From assembly GCA_000092065.1 (NCBI GenBank), contig CP000589.1: DNA of 64,000 nt; one strand, written 5' to 3'. The stretch comes from Ostreococcus lucimarinus. Its lineage: Eukaryota. Both the position numbers and the translations under genes were made by a program. This document shows, one piece after another, positions 38,318 through 47,973 of this stretch (positions are counted from its first letter, which is position 1; each line of letters starts with the position of its first letter). The notes under the pieces are model-generated. The model ran no database searches. It was not told where the DNA came from and saw only the letters and a list, made by a program, of their open reading frames with translations.

Positions 38318-40081
38318 TCAATCGTCGGTGAAAAATATGTCCTGGACGTGCGCGAGCGCGCGCCGGAGCTTGGTGACGTCGGCGAGGGCGTGCGCGCGCT
38401 CGATGTGGACGAGCTCGCGAGACGCGCGGAGCGCGTCGTTTTCGCGCTCCAGGCGACGGTTTTCCTCGGCGTAGCGCGAGAGGAGGCGCTCGACCTCGCT
38501 GACGCGCGTGATGACGTCGGAGGTGTGGTAGATGGAGTTGGAGACGCGCCGCTGGCGCGAGGATGGGGTTGGGCAAATGGCGGTGGAGGCGTCGGCGGCG
38601 CGCGTCAACGCGGCGATTCGACGGCGAAGCGCGCAGTTTTCTGCCCTCAATTCGTCCACGAGCGCGTCGGGAGACGCGCGCGCGTCGATGGTTTCGGTGG
38701 TGCGAGATGTGTTCGACTCGGGAATGTTCACTATGGACGTCACGCGCGCGGCGTATTGAAGCGTGCGGATGGTCTCTTCCACGTGTCGCTCGTTGGCAGA
38801 GCAGCAGGCGATCATGAGCGTCAGAGAGCGACCGCCGAGCGAATCCATCAAAAGTTTCGTGAGCTTGCTGTCGCGATACGGCACGTGTGGTGTCGTGGCT
38901 TTGGCATCTCGCGATTCGTCGGCGAGAATCGATATCACTTTGCCGAGCGCGAAAAGACTCTTGTTGATCAGGCTCGTCTCTCGCGAACCGGCGTCTTCGC
39001 TCCCGCTGTGCTTTAAACGTTCGCTCCCAGCCAAATCCACGAAAGTCATTTTCCCGCGCGTGATCTCCACATCTCCGGAATCATCGCAAGAAGCGCCGAC
39101 GTCATCGTCGCGATCACCACCACCGTTCGCGCGCGGCGCTCCAAAGTAGCGCTCGACGTGCACGGTGAGCACGGCGTGCGAGCGCGAGCTCTCGGCGTTC
39201 ATCTTGTGCGATCGCACGCGGCGTCTGGCGGCGCCCTCGCGCACGCAATCCAAAGCTTCGCCGGCGTTCGCGCACTCCCGTCGCGAGAGATTTGGAACAT
39301 AGAACCCATCACGGCTTCGCCAACGCACGCGAAGCGATTTCGACGACTCGTCCGCCAGCAAATCGATGACTTTCTCCTTGTAAATCTCGTAACTCGTGAC
39401 GGAGACGACGACCTTCGTCGGCGCCTTTTCCCCACCACCCGCAGCCTCGCGCCCGAGCGCGTCGAACAAGTACTCGATCGAGCGCCCAATAAGACCATCG
39501 TCCGATCCGACGTCATTCATCGTCGGCGACGAGGTCGACGCCGTCTCGACGTCGTCGCGCGTCGACGACGCGCTCTCGCTCGCCCCGCGTCGCGCCCCCG
39601 CGCGTCCCAACATCGTGTACGTCTTTCCGCTACCAGTCTGCCCGTACGCGAACACGGCGCTCGCGTACCCATCCAACGTCTTCATCAACAACGCCTTCAC
39701 CCCCGACACGTCGAAGAACGCGTCCTGCGTCGTCCGCGTCCCCGCGCACGGCCCTCGAAACGCCACCTTTTCCCGCTCCGCCGCGCCGCGCCGTCGTCTC
39801 GTTCGTCCTCCTCCCGCGACGCGCACCGCGCGTCCGTCCGCGCTCACCGCGCTCGGTCCATCCCCAGGGCGCACTCGCACGACGACGCGCACGCGATCGA
39901 CGCCCTCGCGCGCGTCCTCGCGCGCGTCCTCGCGCGCGTCCTCCTCCTCGCGCGTCCGTTCGGTCCTCGCCGTCGCGTCTTCCTCGCTTTCCGCGTCGCC
40001 GTCCGCCGCCGTCGTCGCGCCGTCGACGCGATCGACGCGCGATTCTTCCTCGTCCTCGCCGTCCCGCGTCGCGTCGTCCAT
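38318..40081 (-). CDS. kinesin motor protein (N-terminal motor, coiled-coil tail)
   Basis: Intact P-loop AYGQTGSGKTYTM. Switch I NAESSRSHAV. Switch II VDLAGSER. Neck HVPYRDSKLTKLL. ATG at 40081..40079. Confidence 0.85.
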   Translation of the reverse strand: MDDATRDGEDEEESRVDRVDGATTAADGDAESEEDATARTERTREEEDAREDAREDAREGVDRVRVVVRVRPGDGPSAVSADGRAVRVAGGGRTRRRRGAAEREKVAFRGPCAGTRTTQDAFFDVSGVKALLMKTLDGYASAVFAYGQTGSGKTYTMLGRAGARRGASESASSTRDDVETASTSSPTMNDVGSDDGLIGRSIEYLFDALGREAAGGGEKAPTKVVVSVTSYEIYKEKVIDLLADESSKSLRVRWRSRDGFYVPNLSRRECANAGEALDCVREGAARRRVRSHKMNAESSRSHAVLTVHVERYFGAPRANGGGDRDDDVGASCDDSGDVEITRGKMTFVDLAGSERLKHSGSEDAGSRETSLINKSLFALGKVISILADESRDAKATTPHVPYRDSKLTKLLMDSLGGRSLTLMIACCSANERHVEETIRTLQYAARVTSIVNIPESNTSRTTETIDARASPDALVDELRAENCALRRRIAALTRAADASTAICPTPSSRQRRVSNSIYHTSDVITRVSEVERLLSRYAEENRRLERENDALRASRELVHIERAHALADVTKLRRALAHVQDIFFTDD

Positions 40082-40177
40082 CGGCGCGTCGCGTCGCGCG
40101 CGTCAAACAGAGCGGGAAGACGAACGGACAGTTTCGCGTCTCCGTCGGTCGCGCTATGTTTAGCGCGCGTTTTTTAG

Positions 40178-41167
40178 ATGGATGATTTTCAACCGCGAAT
40201 TCGCGACAAAACGCGCCCCGCGCGGGTCGTCGCGCGCGTCGCCATGCGCGATCGCACGGCGCAGTTCGCGACGATGTGCGCGGCGTCGACCGCGACCGTC
40301 GCGCGCGTCGACGACGTCGACGTCGGCGCGCGCGTGAAGGAAACGCGGGCGAATGCGCGGGCGAATGCGAAAGTCGCGACGTGCGAGACGGTGCGCGCGT
40401 ACGCGCGGACGGCGGCGATCGCGCTGGAGGCGACGCGGACGTACGTGGAGGAACACCGCGGACGGTACAAGGGCGCGAGCGATCGGGAGAGGGACGCGTT
40501 CGAGGCGGAGACGTCGGAATCCATCAGGGAGTGTCAGCGGTGCGTGGCGAGCGCGAGAGACGCGGTGGAAAACGCGCGGGACGGCGGGGCGCTGGCGCGG
40601 GCGCCGCAGTGCGCGGCGCACTTGCACGGGATCGGGTTGATTTTGAGTGAGTCGCTGAACGACGTGGCGAGGGCGTTCGATAAGGTGCGAGAGACGAGGT
40701 TCGCGGCGACGCTGGAACGCGCCGAACGCGAGCGTCAACGGAAGCGCGCGGCGACGAGGGCGAGATACGACGACGCGGGGACGGGTGCGTCGGGAGCGGA
40801 CGACGATGGCGTCGCGCGCGCGGTACGCGTCGAGGGGGTGGAGATGAGGCAAGAGCAAGTGCACGCGGAGCGGCAGGATGGATTGGAGGAGGAGTTGACG
40901 CAGTTGCTCGATGAGGTGCGAATGGCGGAGAAGAACGTCATCGAGATGTCGGCGTTGAGTTCGTTGTTCGCCACGCACGTACAAGCGCAGGCGGAGCAGA
41001 TAGAGTCACTTTACCAAGACGCCATCGAGAGTTCGCGGCATTTAGACATGGGCAACGTGGAGATGAAGAAAACCATCGCGCGAAAGGGAAGCGCGCAGCG
41101 CTACGTCGCGTTGATTTTGCTCGTCGCCACGCTCGGGCTGTTGTTCCTCGATTGGTACTCGGGATGA
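40178..41167 (+). CDS. tail-anchored Qa-SNARE, syntaxin-18/Ufe1-like
   Basis: C-terminal SNARE motif (LFATHVQAQAEQIESLYQDAIESSRHLDMGNVEMKK) followed by a single C-terminal TM (YVALILLVATLGLLFLDWY). N-terminal region reminiscent of the Syntaxin-18 N domain. ATG at 40178. Confidence 0.5.
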   Translation: MDDFQPRIRDKTRPARVVARVAMRDRTAQFATMCAASTATVARVDDVDVGARVKETRANARANAKVATCETVRAYARTAAIALEATRTYVEEHRGRYKGASDRERDAFEAETSESIRECQRCVASARDAVENARDGGALARAPQCAAHLHGIGLILSESLNDVARAFDKVRETRFAATLERAERERQRKRAATRARYDDAGTGASGADDDGVARAVRVEGVEMRQEQVHAERQDGLEEELTQLLDEVRMAEKNVIEMSALSSLFATHVQAQAEQIESLYQDAIESSRHLDMGNVEMKKTIARKGSAQRYVALILLVATLGLLFLDWYSG

Positions 41168-41418
41168 CGCGGGCGGGATCAACGCATAGCAAACGTGTAG
41201 CGCGAAGCATTCGCACGATCACCGCGCCGCACGCGCGATCCATCCTTCGCTCGCGCGGTCGATTCCGTTCGTTTCGTTCGCCGCCGACGCCTCGCGCGCG
41301 ATGTCGCGGTCCGCCCTATCCACGGACCTAGGCGAGATGGCGCGGGTGTAATACATAGTAAATTTTTAGGGCTAACAATTCGTACATCTACTGCGCTACT
41401 CGTGTGATCTATGTTTCG

Positions 41419-42525
41419 CTAGTGCGTCCGCTCGGCGGACATCACGTCGTTGAACGATTCCGGCGGCTCCGTCGCGAATGTCAACGTCTCCTCCTCAAAC
41501 GGCATGACGAGCTCGAGGGCGTGTAAGAACATCCTATACGAATCGGTATCGTCAGAGTACGCCATATCGCCCAAAATTGGATGCCCCGAATGCATCAAGT
41601 GCAAACGAATCTGGTGTCGCCGACCGGTGACGGGCCTGCACTCCAAGCGACTCACCTCGACGCCGCGATTGGCGCCGTCGAGCGTGCAGTAGCCGCGTTG
41701 CAACACTTTAAAGCTCGTCTCGCTCGCCTTTCCGTTTTCTTCGTCCACGCGTTCGCGAAATCCCTTCACGTCCGTCGGATCTTTCCCGAGTTTCGCGTTC
41801 ACCGTCCATTCGTCCTCCTTCGGCCAACCGAAGACGACGGCTAAATACTTCTTCTTCGCCAGGCGATCGCGAAACAATTTCGCCGCGTTCCCCGCGGCTT
41901 CTCGCGTGTGCGCCGTGAGCACCACTCCGCTCGTCGCCGTGTCCAGCTGATGACAAAACCGATGGTGCTTACCCGGATACTTCAAGTTCAACCAATCCTC
42001 GCAGCTCGCGTCGCCGTCCCATCGCGGCGTGAACCGCGTCTTCTCCACTCGATTTCCATCCGCGTCGTTCTCCATCCATCCTCGAGGCGTGTCCAGCCGC
42101 ACCGCGAACGGTTTATTCACCGCGACGTACCCTCGCTTTTCGCACTCGTACACGGTTTCGTATTTCCGTTCGAGCACGCCCGGCTGTCGCAGCGCGCACG
42201 CCGTCGCCGTCTCGTCCCCGAGCTCGCCGCGTCGCTCCAAAAATTCCAAGTACGACATTCTCGGCGCGATCTCCGTCGCCACGTCGTACGTTTGCGCGCG
42301 CGGGTGTTCGCGGAGCATCGCGTCGACGTCTTCGGCGCGCGCGCCGCGAGAGACGAGGCACTCGCGCGCGGTTTCGCCGTCGCGCGCGCCGGCGGCTCGA
42401 ACGCTGACCCAAGGCTGCGGGTCGTGTTTCATGACGCGTCGCGCGCGTTTGGACGCGCGCGCGGCCGAAGACGCGAGTCTGGCGCGAGCGAAGCGTTCGG
42501 TTCGCCTGGCGAGGGCGATTCGCAT
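41419..42525 (-). CDS. RluA-family pseudouridine synthase (RPUSD-like) with organellar-type N-terminal presequence
   Basis: Catalytic motif HQLDTATSGVVL and GRRHQIRLHLMHSGHPILGD. ATG at 42525..42523. Confidence 0.8.
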   Translation of the reverse strand: MRIALARRTERFARARLASSAARASKRARRVMKHDPQPWVSVRAAGARDGETARECLVSRGARAEDVDAMLREHPRAQTYDVATEIAPRMSYLEFLERRGELGDETATACALRQPGVLERKYETVYECEKRGYVAVNKPFAVRLDTPRGWMENDADGNRVEKTRFTPRWDGDASCEDWLNLKYPGKHHRFCHQLDTATSGVVLTAHTREAAGNAAKLFRDRLAKKKYLAVVFGWPKEDEWTVNAKLGKDPTDVKGFRERVDEENGKASETSFKVLQRGYCTLDGANRGVEVSRLECRPVTGRRHQIRLHLMHSGHPILGDMAYSDDTDSYRMFLHALELVMPFEEETLTFATEPPESFNDVMSAERTH

Positions 42526-42594
42526 CGAGCGCGGCGCGGAATGCGGCGCGGCGCGGCGCGCGCGGAGAGCGCTCGGCGGCGCGCGGCGTCGCTA

Positions 42595-43578
42595 TTAAAA
42601 ATTAAACGCGGTGCTCCCCGCGCTGTCGGGAGTGCCGCGTTGGACTATGCCGGATATCGGAGGACTCGGGAAATCGTCTTCGTCGGGCGTGGCGTAACCG
42701 TCGTCGCTCGCCGCGGGCGACGGCGAACGCTCGGACGACGGCGCGACCGGAGCGACGTCCGCGCCGAGCAGCGCGCGCTCGGCGACCGCCATGAACTCGC
42801 GCGGATCGACGCCAGATAATTTATTCATCTCCCGAACCATTTCGGCGAGCATGACGCACTCGGCTTCGACGAGCGCGAGTCGCTCGCCTCGCTCGGCGGA
42901 TTCTCGTTCGCTCGCCTCGAGCGCGCGCGCCGTCTTTCTACACGTTTCCCGCGTCGACGCCGCGCGCGCGAGCCGCTTTTCCAGCTCGAGCGCGTCGTCT
43001 CGCAGACGCCGCTCGTTCGCGCGCATCGACTCGATCGTCTCGCGCTGCGTCTCGCACTCCACTTTCAGCGCCGCGCGTTCGCCGAGCGTCTCCGTCAACC
43101 GTTTTCGCAGCGCCAGCTTTTCCTCCGCCTCCGCGTCCGCGATCGCCTCCGCCTTCCCAAGCGCCCCTCTGAGCTCTTTCTCTCGATCCTCCAGCGCGCG
43201 CATCTCCTCGCGCGCCGTCTTCAATCGCGCCTCGAGCGCCGCGATCCTCTCGAGCGCTCGCGCGTCGTCGCCGTCGTCGCGCGTCGCCGTCGACGCGTCC
43301 GCGCGCGTCTCCTCGCGCGCCCTTCGCGTCGTCGACGCCGTCGCGCGCACCGTCGCTCGCACGCGCGCGTGTCGCAGCGCGCGATTCTCGCGCCGCAGCG
43401 TCTCGCACTCTCGCCGCAGCGCCGTCGTCTCGCCGTCGCTCGCCCGCGCGTTCGTCGTCGCCGTCGTCGTCGCGCGGTCGTCGTCGCCGTCGCGCATCTG
43501 TCGCAGCGCGCGCTCGAGCGCCGCGCTGCTCGCGCCGCGCGGCAGCCCGAATCGCGCGCGCAGGTCCTCGACCGACAT
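42595..43578 (-). CDS. coiled-coil protein (327 aa), unknown function
   Basis: First ATG 43578 (MSVEDLRARFGLPRG...). Continuous heptad coiled coil (LRRECETLRRENRALRHARV...LEDREKELRGALGKAEAIADAEAEEKLALRKRL...). The rest of track ORF 42595..44307 is artefact. Confidence 0.4.
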   Translation of the reverse strand: MSVEDLRARFGLPRGASSAALERALRQMRDGDDDRATTTATTNARASDGETTALRRECETLRRENRALRHARVRATVRATASTTRRAREETRADASTATRDDGDDARALERIAALEARLKTAREEMRALEDREKELRGALGKAEAIADAEAEEKLALRKRLTETLGERAALKVECETQRETIESMRANERRLRDDALELEKRLARAASTRETCRKTARALEASERESAERGERLALVEAECVMLAEMVREMNKLSGVDPREFMAVAERALLGADVAPVAPSSERSPSPAASDDGYATPDEDDFPSPPISGIVQRGTPDSAGSTAFNF

Positions 43579-43702
43579 ATCGCTCGCGCGCGACGCCGAG
43601 ACGCGCGCGACGCGCGATAGACGCGACGCGACGCGTCGCGAGCTGTCGCGATGCGATTTGAATTCGCAAAAGTCATTCGAATCGACACTCCGCGTCGCGC
43701 GC

Positions 43703-45172
43703 ATGCGACGCGCGCGCGCGACGCGCGATGCGTTCGCGCGCGACGCGTCGTCGCGCGGTCGTCGCGACGCGCCGCGCGCGCGCGACGTCGCGGGCGTCGT
43801 CGAGTCGCCGTACGTCGTGCGGTTCAACTTTAATCGCGACGACCGCGGCGCGGCGCTCGCGATCGGCGACGAGCGCGGGCGCGCGACGATCGCGCGCGCG
43901 AGCGTGTCGCAGCGCGACGACGGGCGGCGGCGCGCGACGGCGATCGCGGCGCACGAGAACGCGGTGTACGACGTCGCGTGGACGCGCGACGACGCGCGGG
44001 TGCTCACGGCGAGCGCGGATCGCGCGGTGGCGATGTTCGACGCGGAGACGGGACGGATGCTGGCGAAAATGATGGGACACGGCGCGAGCGTGAAAGCCGT
44101 GGCGACGGCGCCGACGCAGCGGGAGGTGTTCGCGAGCGGAGGACGGGACGGGCGGTTGATTCTGAGCGACGCGCGGACGAGGCGGGGCGCGGCGAACGAG
44201 GCGGAGGACGCGGACGCGGGCGAAGTGACGCCGACGCGGACGGTGCGACGGGCGCACAGGGCGCCGGGGGCGGGGACGCGGGCGAGCGCGGCGCTGCACA
44301 GCGTCACGTCGGTGGCGTTCGATGGGTCGGGGAGCGTCGTGCTGAGCTCGGGAGGGTCGGACGGGTTGGTGAAAATGTGGGACGCGCGGAAGATGAAGGG
44401 CGCGATAGGAGTTTTAGAGGACGAGCGCGAGGACGCGTTCGTGCGAGGTTCGTTCTACGATGTCGGATTGGGCGCGCGGTTCGGCGGTGAGGGCGCGCGC
44501 GCGACGCGGGCGTCGCGAGGGATCTCCGGGATCGCCGTCGATCCGACGTCGTCGCGCGTCGTCGTTTCGTATCTCGACGACCACATGGCGATGTTTGACG
44601 CGAACGATCCGCGAGGGAAGCCGCTGCGACACTTCGTCGGTCACAGGTCGAGATCGTATTACATCAAGCCGACGTTTTCGCCCGACGGCGATCGCGTCGC
44701 GTGCGGCTCGCTGGACAACGACGTGCACGTGTGGGACGTCCGCGACGCGAGCGCGCCGTCCGTCGCGCTCGATGGTCACACCGCGAGCGTGAGCTGCGTG
44801 CACTGGTCGCCGACGGATCCTCACGCCCTTGCGTCGTGTTGCGACGACGGCGAAATCAGACTGTGGCGCTTTGACGGCGCGCGAAAGCCCAGCGTCCGCG
44901 CTCGCGTCGACTCGCGAGCCAAGCGCCCGGCGCCGCCGTTGCACCCGAACATCCTCCGCGCCCTCGGGCGCGCGCCCACCTTCGACGACTCCGCCTCGGC
45001 GGACCACGACATCGCCATCCCCGGCGCCTTCGCGCCCGCGTCTCCGTCGGCGCCGACGCGCGTCCTCGCCGCCGACGTCCCGCCCGCGAAGCGTCGCGAG
45101 CGCGTCGAGCCATCGCCGCGCCGCCCGTTTCGCGACGTCGCCAACGTCCGCGGCCGACGCGCGCTTTCCTAG
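43703..45172 (+). CDS. WD40-repeat protein, possibly CDT2/DTL (DCAF2) substrate receptor of CRL4
   Basis: Seven WD-like repeats (AHENAVYDVAWTRDD...LTASADRAVAMFD; GHGASVKAVA; LSSGGSDGLVKMWD; GHTASVSCVHWSP...CCDDGEIRLWRF). First ATG 43703 inside track ORF 42791. CDT2 assignment by motif resemblance only. Confidence 0.55.
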   Translation: MRRARATRDAFARDASSRGRRDAPRARDVAGVVESPYVVRFNFNRDDRGAALAIGDERGRATIARASVSQRDDGRRRATAIAAHENAVYDVAWTRDDARVLTASADRAVAMFDAETGRMLAKMMGHGASVKAVATAPTQREVFASGGRDGRLILSDARTRRGAANEAEDADAGEVTPTRTVRRAHRAPGAGTRASAALHSVTSVAFDGSGSVVLSSGGSDGLVKMWDARKMKGAIGVLEDEREDAFVRGSFYDVGLGARFGGEGARATRASRGISGIAVDPTSSRVVVSYLDDHMAMFDANDPRGKPLRHFVGHRSRSYYIKPTFSPDGDRVACGSLDNDVHVWDVRDASAPSVALDGHTASVSCVHWSPTDPHALASCCDDGEIRLWRFDGARKPSVRARVDSRAKRPAPPLHPNILRALGRAPTFDDSASADHDIAIPGAFAPASPSAPTRVLAADVPPAKRRERVEPSPRRPFRDVANVRGRRALS

Positions 45173-45433
45173 CCCTCAGCGCGTCGCGAGGTCGCGACGA
45201 ACCACCATCGCGCGCGCGTCCACGCGCGCGTTTCGAGCGCGAACGCGCGCGCGACGCGTCGAATCGACCCCCCGTAGCGCGTCGGGACTCGCGAAATCTC
45301 TCGAGTTCGTTGAAACGACAAAAAAATCTCTCTTCGTTCAAACCGTCGCGCGCGCCGATCGTCACCGCGCGCCGCGCGCCGCGCCGCGCCGCGCTCGACG
45401 CGAGAAGCGAACGCGCGTCGATTTCGCCGCGCC

Positions 45434-47910
45434 ATGGCGCTGCTCGAGCGCGCGCGAAGCGAACTGGACGCCCTCGAGCGCTCCGTCGCCGAAGGGGACA
45501 CCGCGCGCGCGACGCGCGACGACGACGACGCGACGCCGGCGAAACGCTCGACGACGGCGACGCCCGATCCGTGGACGCGAGCGGCGCCGGATGACGCGCG
45601 CGCGACGCGCGCGGGGCTGACGGTGAAGACGAAGACGCGAGGGGACGGCGAGGGACGGCGGGACGCGACGACGACGACGTTCGCGGAGGCGCTGGCGGAA
45701 GAGTTGAAGGACGCGCGAGGGAATCCCGCGACGCCGGCGTCGAGGGACGTGAGCGATGTGCCGTTGCACGATGCGGTGAAACGGGCGGACGCGGAGGCGG
45801 TGCGAACGATGGTGAGACGAGCGACGGAGGGGGGCGCGAGACGAGAGCCGTCGTGGCCGCCGAGCAAAGCGGCGTTGAATCGAATAGATTCGCTCGGCGA
45901 TTGCAGAAGCGCGCCGCGAGGAGTGGACGCGAAGAATGCGAACGGAGACACCGCGCTGGCGGTGGCGTGCGCGCTGGAGGATGGGAAGGCGTGCGAAGAG
46001 ATGGTGAAGATTTTGGTGGACGCCGGCGCGGACGCGAGCGCGCTTTCAAACGGAATGGCGCCGGTGCACTGGGCGTGCGCGCTAGGGCATCGCGACGCGC
46101 TCGCGTGCATGGTCGACGCGTCGTCGACGTCAATCGTGAATCTTCGTGCCGAAGATGGGTCGACGCCGTTGCTCGTGGCGGCGGAACACGGTAAAATCGA
46201 AGTCATACGATGGTTGCTCGAGCGCGGCGACGTCGACGCGATGGCGAGAAACGCGCATGGACGCGACGTACTCGGCGCGCTCGGCGCGAAGATGCGTCGA
46301 CAGAGTCAATCGGCGAGGAGTGAGTTACGTGCGGAGATATTTGAACTCATTCCTTCGCTGCGTTTGGCGTTTTTGTCCCATCCTGATTGCGAAGAACACG
46401 TGTCGTTCAAGCCACATCAAGAGAGCCCCGAGCGCATAGTCGCCATTCTCGCCGAGTTGCAGCGCGTGATCGACCGCGGTGAACTCGCAATGGGAGAGCT
46501 AGATAAGACATGCACGTTCGGCGCCGCCGAACCGTCGGATATCCTCCGAGCGCACGATGAGAATTACGTCCGCGTGTTGGCCGAACTCAGCGATCGCGTC
46601 GGGCAAACGCCCATCGCGTTCACGCCGTACTGTCAAAACCATAACGGCGTGCCAGAAAAACTACAAAAACCCGCGGAGAACAGTGACACATTCTTTTCAC
46701 CGGGCACGTTGCAAGCGGCGCTTAGAGCTGCGGGCGGGGTCATTCACGCCGTGGATAGAGTCTTGGATGGGAAGAATAGGAGCGCTTTCGTATGCTGTCG
46801 CCCGCCCGGTCATCACGCCGGGATCAACGGCGCCACGGAAGGCGCGCCGTCGAGCGGCTTTTCCATTTTGAACAACGCCATGATCGGTATGTGCGCACTT
46901 TGCGCGAGCGACGCGAGCGATCGATTTTTCTTGAAACGGACGCACACGCATAACCGCGGCGCTTCTACGACACGCGTCGCGGACATGATGCGCGTCCTAC
47001 ATCGACGTCCACTTTCAATGACAGAGAGTTCTGAGCGTGGCTCTGCTGACAGATACGGGTGGTACATTTCGCGCGACTCGACTAACTGACTGACGCTGAC
47101 GTTCACAACGCAGGCGCTTTGCACGCCATCGACGTTCGCAAATGCATGCGGGTCGCCGTGGTTGATTTCGACGTGCATCACGGGAACGGCACCGAAGAAA
47201 TCGCCAGGCATTGGCTCACGAAGCAGCGCGCGAGAGACGACTATCACCGGCACAAATCTCCTGACTTGTTCTTCGCGTCGATTCACTTGGCGGATGATGG
47301 AACGTCTTCGGGCATGCTTCCATTCTACCCGGGCAGCGGCGTGCAGGATGATTTGATGAACAATATCGTCAATGTCGTCGTCCCACCGATGTGGCTCGCC
47401 AAGGGCGCAAGCGCCACGGCACACGCGGAAACCGGCGAGCGCGCTCGGAAAAAAACAAAACGCTTCGCTGACTCTGAAGATGCCGCCGCCGCGCCGCCGC
47501 CGAAGACCATCGCCATTGAACCCGAGCAGCAACAAGGTGGGCGCCTAGAGTGGATGAAGGCGTTTCGAGAGCGCTTGATTCCCGCTCTCAGGGCGTTCGG
47601 TCCTGAGCTCATAATCGTGTCCGCGGGATTCGACGCGGCGGCTTCGGACGTAGGAAACTTGGGCGTCGATCCGCGTCGAAACACGAGGCACCAAGGCGCT
47701 AACCTTCGCGCTGAAGACTACGAGGACATGACGAAGTTGCTCGTAAACGTGTCGAACGTTTGCGATGGGCGAGTTGTATCTATTTTAGAAGGGGGCTACG
47801 GACACTTGATGAGCGTCGGAAAATCGAGCGACGGCGCGCAAAATGCGTTGACGCTCGGTAGAGACGTCTTCGCCAAATGCGTCAAAGCGCACGTCCAGGC
47901 GCTCATCTGA
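45434..47910 (+). CDS. ankyrin-repeat + class II-type histone deacetylase (HDAC/HDAH) fusion; two exons, join(45434..46886,47114..47910)
   Basis: N-terminal ankyrin repeats (GDTALAVACALEDGKACEEMVKILVDAGADA...GSTPLLVAAEHGKIEVIRWLLERG). The HDAC domain is split between track ORFs 45434..47089 and 47119..47910. Exon 1 ends ...RPPGHHAGINGATEGAPSSGFSILNNAMI-G; exon 2 gives ALHAIDVRKCMRVAVVDFDVHHGNGT...SAGFDA...EGGYG. Splicing restores the canonical HDAC spacing between the FN box and the DxDxHHG motif. Confidence 0.8.
46887..47113 (+). other. spliceosomal intron (227 nt, phase 1, GTATGT...CAG) in the ankyrin-HDAC gene
   Basis: Canonical donor GGTATGT at 46886/46887, CTAAC/CTGAC branch-like motifs at -25 to -10, acceptor CAG at 47111..47113. 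An unspliced read-through would lose the HHG catalytic motif and hit a stop at 47089. Confidence 0.7.
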
Positions 47911-47927
47911 TGTTGTACTTTTCACTC

Positions 47928-47932
47928 TGTAA
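47928..47932 (+). promoter_or_regulatory. TGTAA putative polyadenylation signal 18 nt after the ankyrin-HDAC stop
   Basis: ctctgTGTAAataacg in a 63-bp AT-rich convergent spacer. Confidence 0.25.
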
Positions 47933-47973
47933 ATAACGTATCTTGTATTGTACACACGCAGCTCGTGTTGTTA

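Noticed and set aside
41168-41418. tRNA or other small RNA genes in AT-rich spacers (also 18450..18596, 25222..25328, 59360..59461, 62158..62295)
   Set aside because: I looked for cloverleaf landmarks (GTTCGAnTC T-loop, TAGC/GGTAG D-loop context) and found none. I cannot exclude snoRNAs without a covariance search.
43640-43690. Putative E2F site upstream of the CDT2-like WD40 gene (gatttgaattcgcaaaag)
   Set aside because: It does not match TTTSSCGC. It contains only short palindromes (GAATTC, ATTCGAAT) of uncertain meaning.
44829-46206. Three overlapping 260-425-aa ORFs rich in R/S/P/A
   Set aside because: Antisense or off-frame to the WD40 and ankyrin-HDAC genes. No motifs.
46887-47089. 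Read-through continuation of HDAC exon 1 (…MCALCASDASDRFFLKRTHTHN… to the stop at 47089)
   Set aside because: It loses the invariant DxDxHHG block of HDACs, and the next ORF resumes exactly there. It is explained by a GTATGT...CAG intron.
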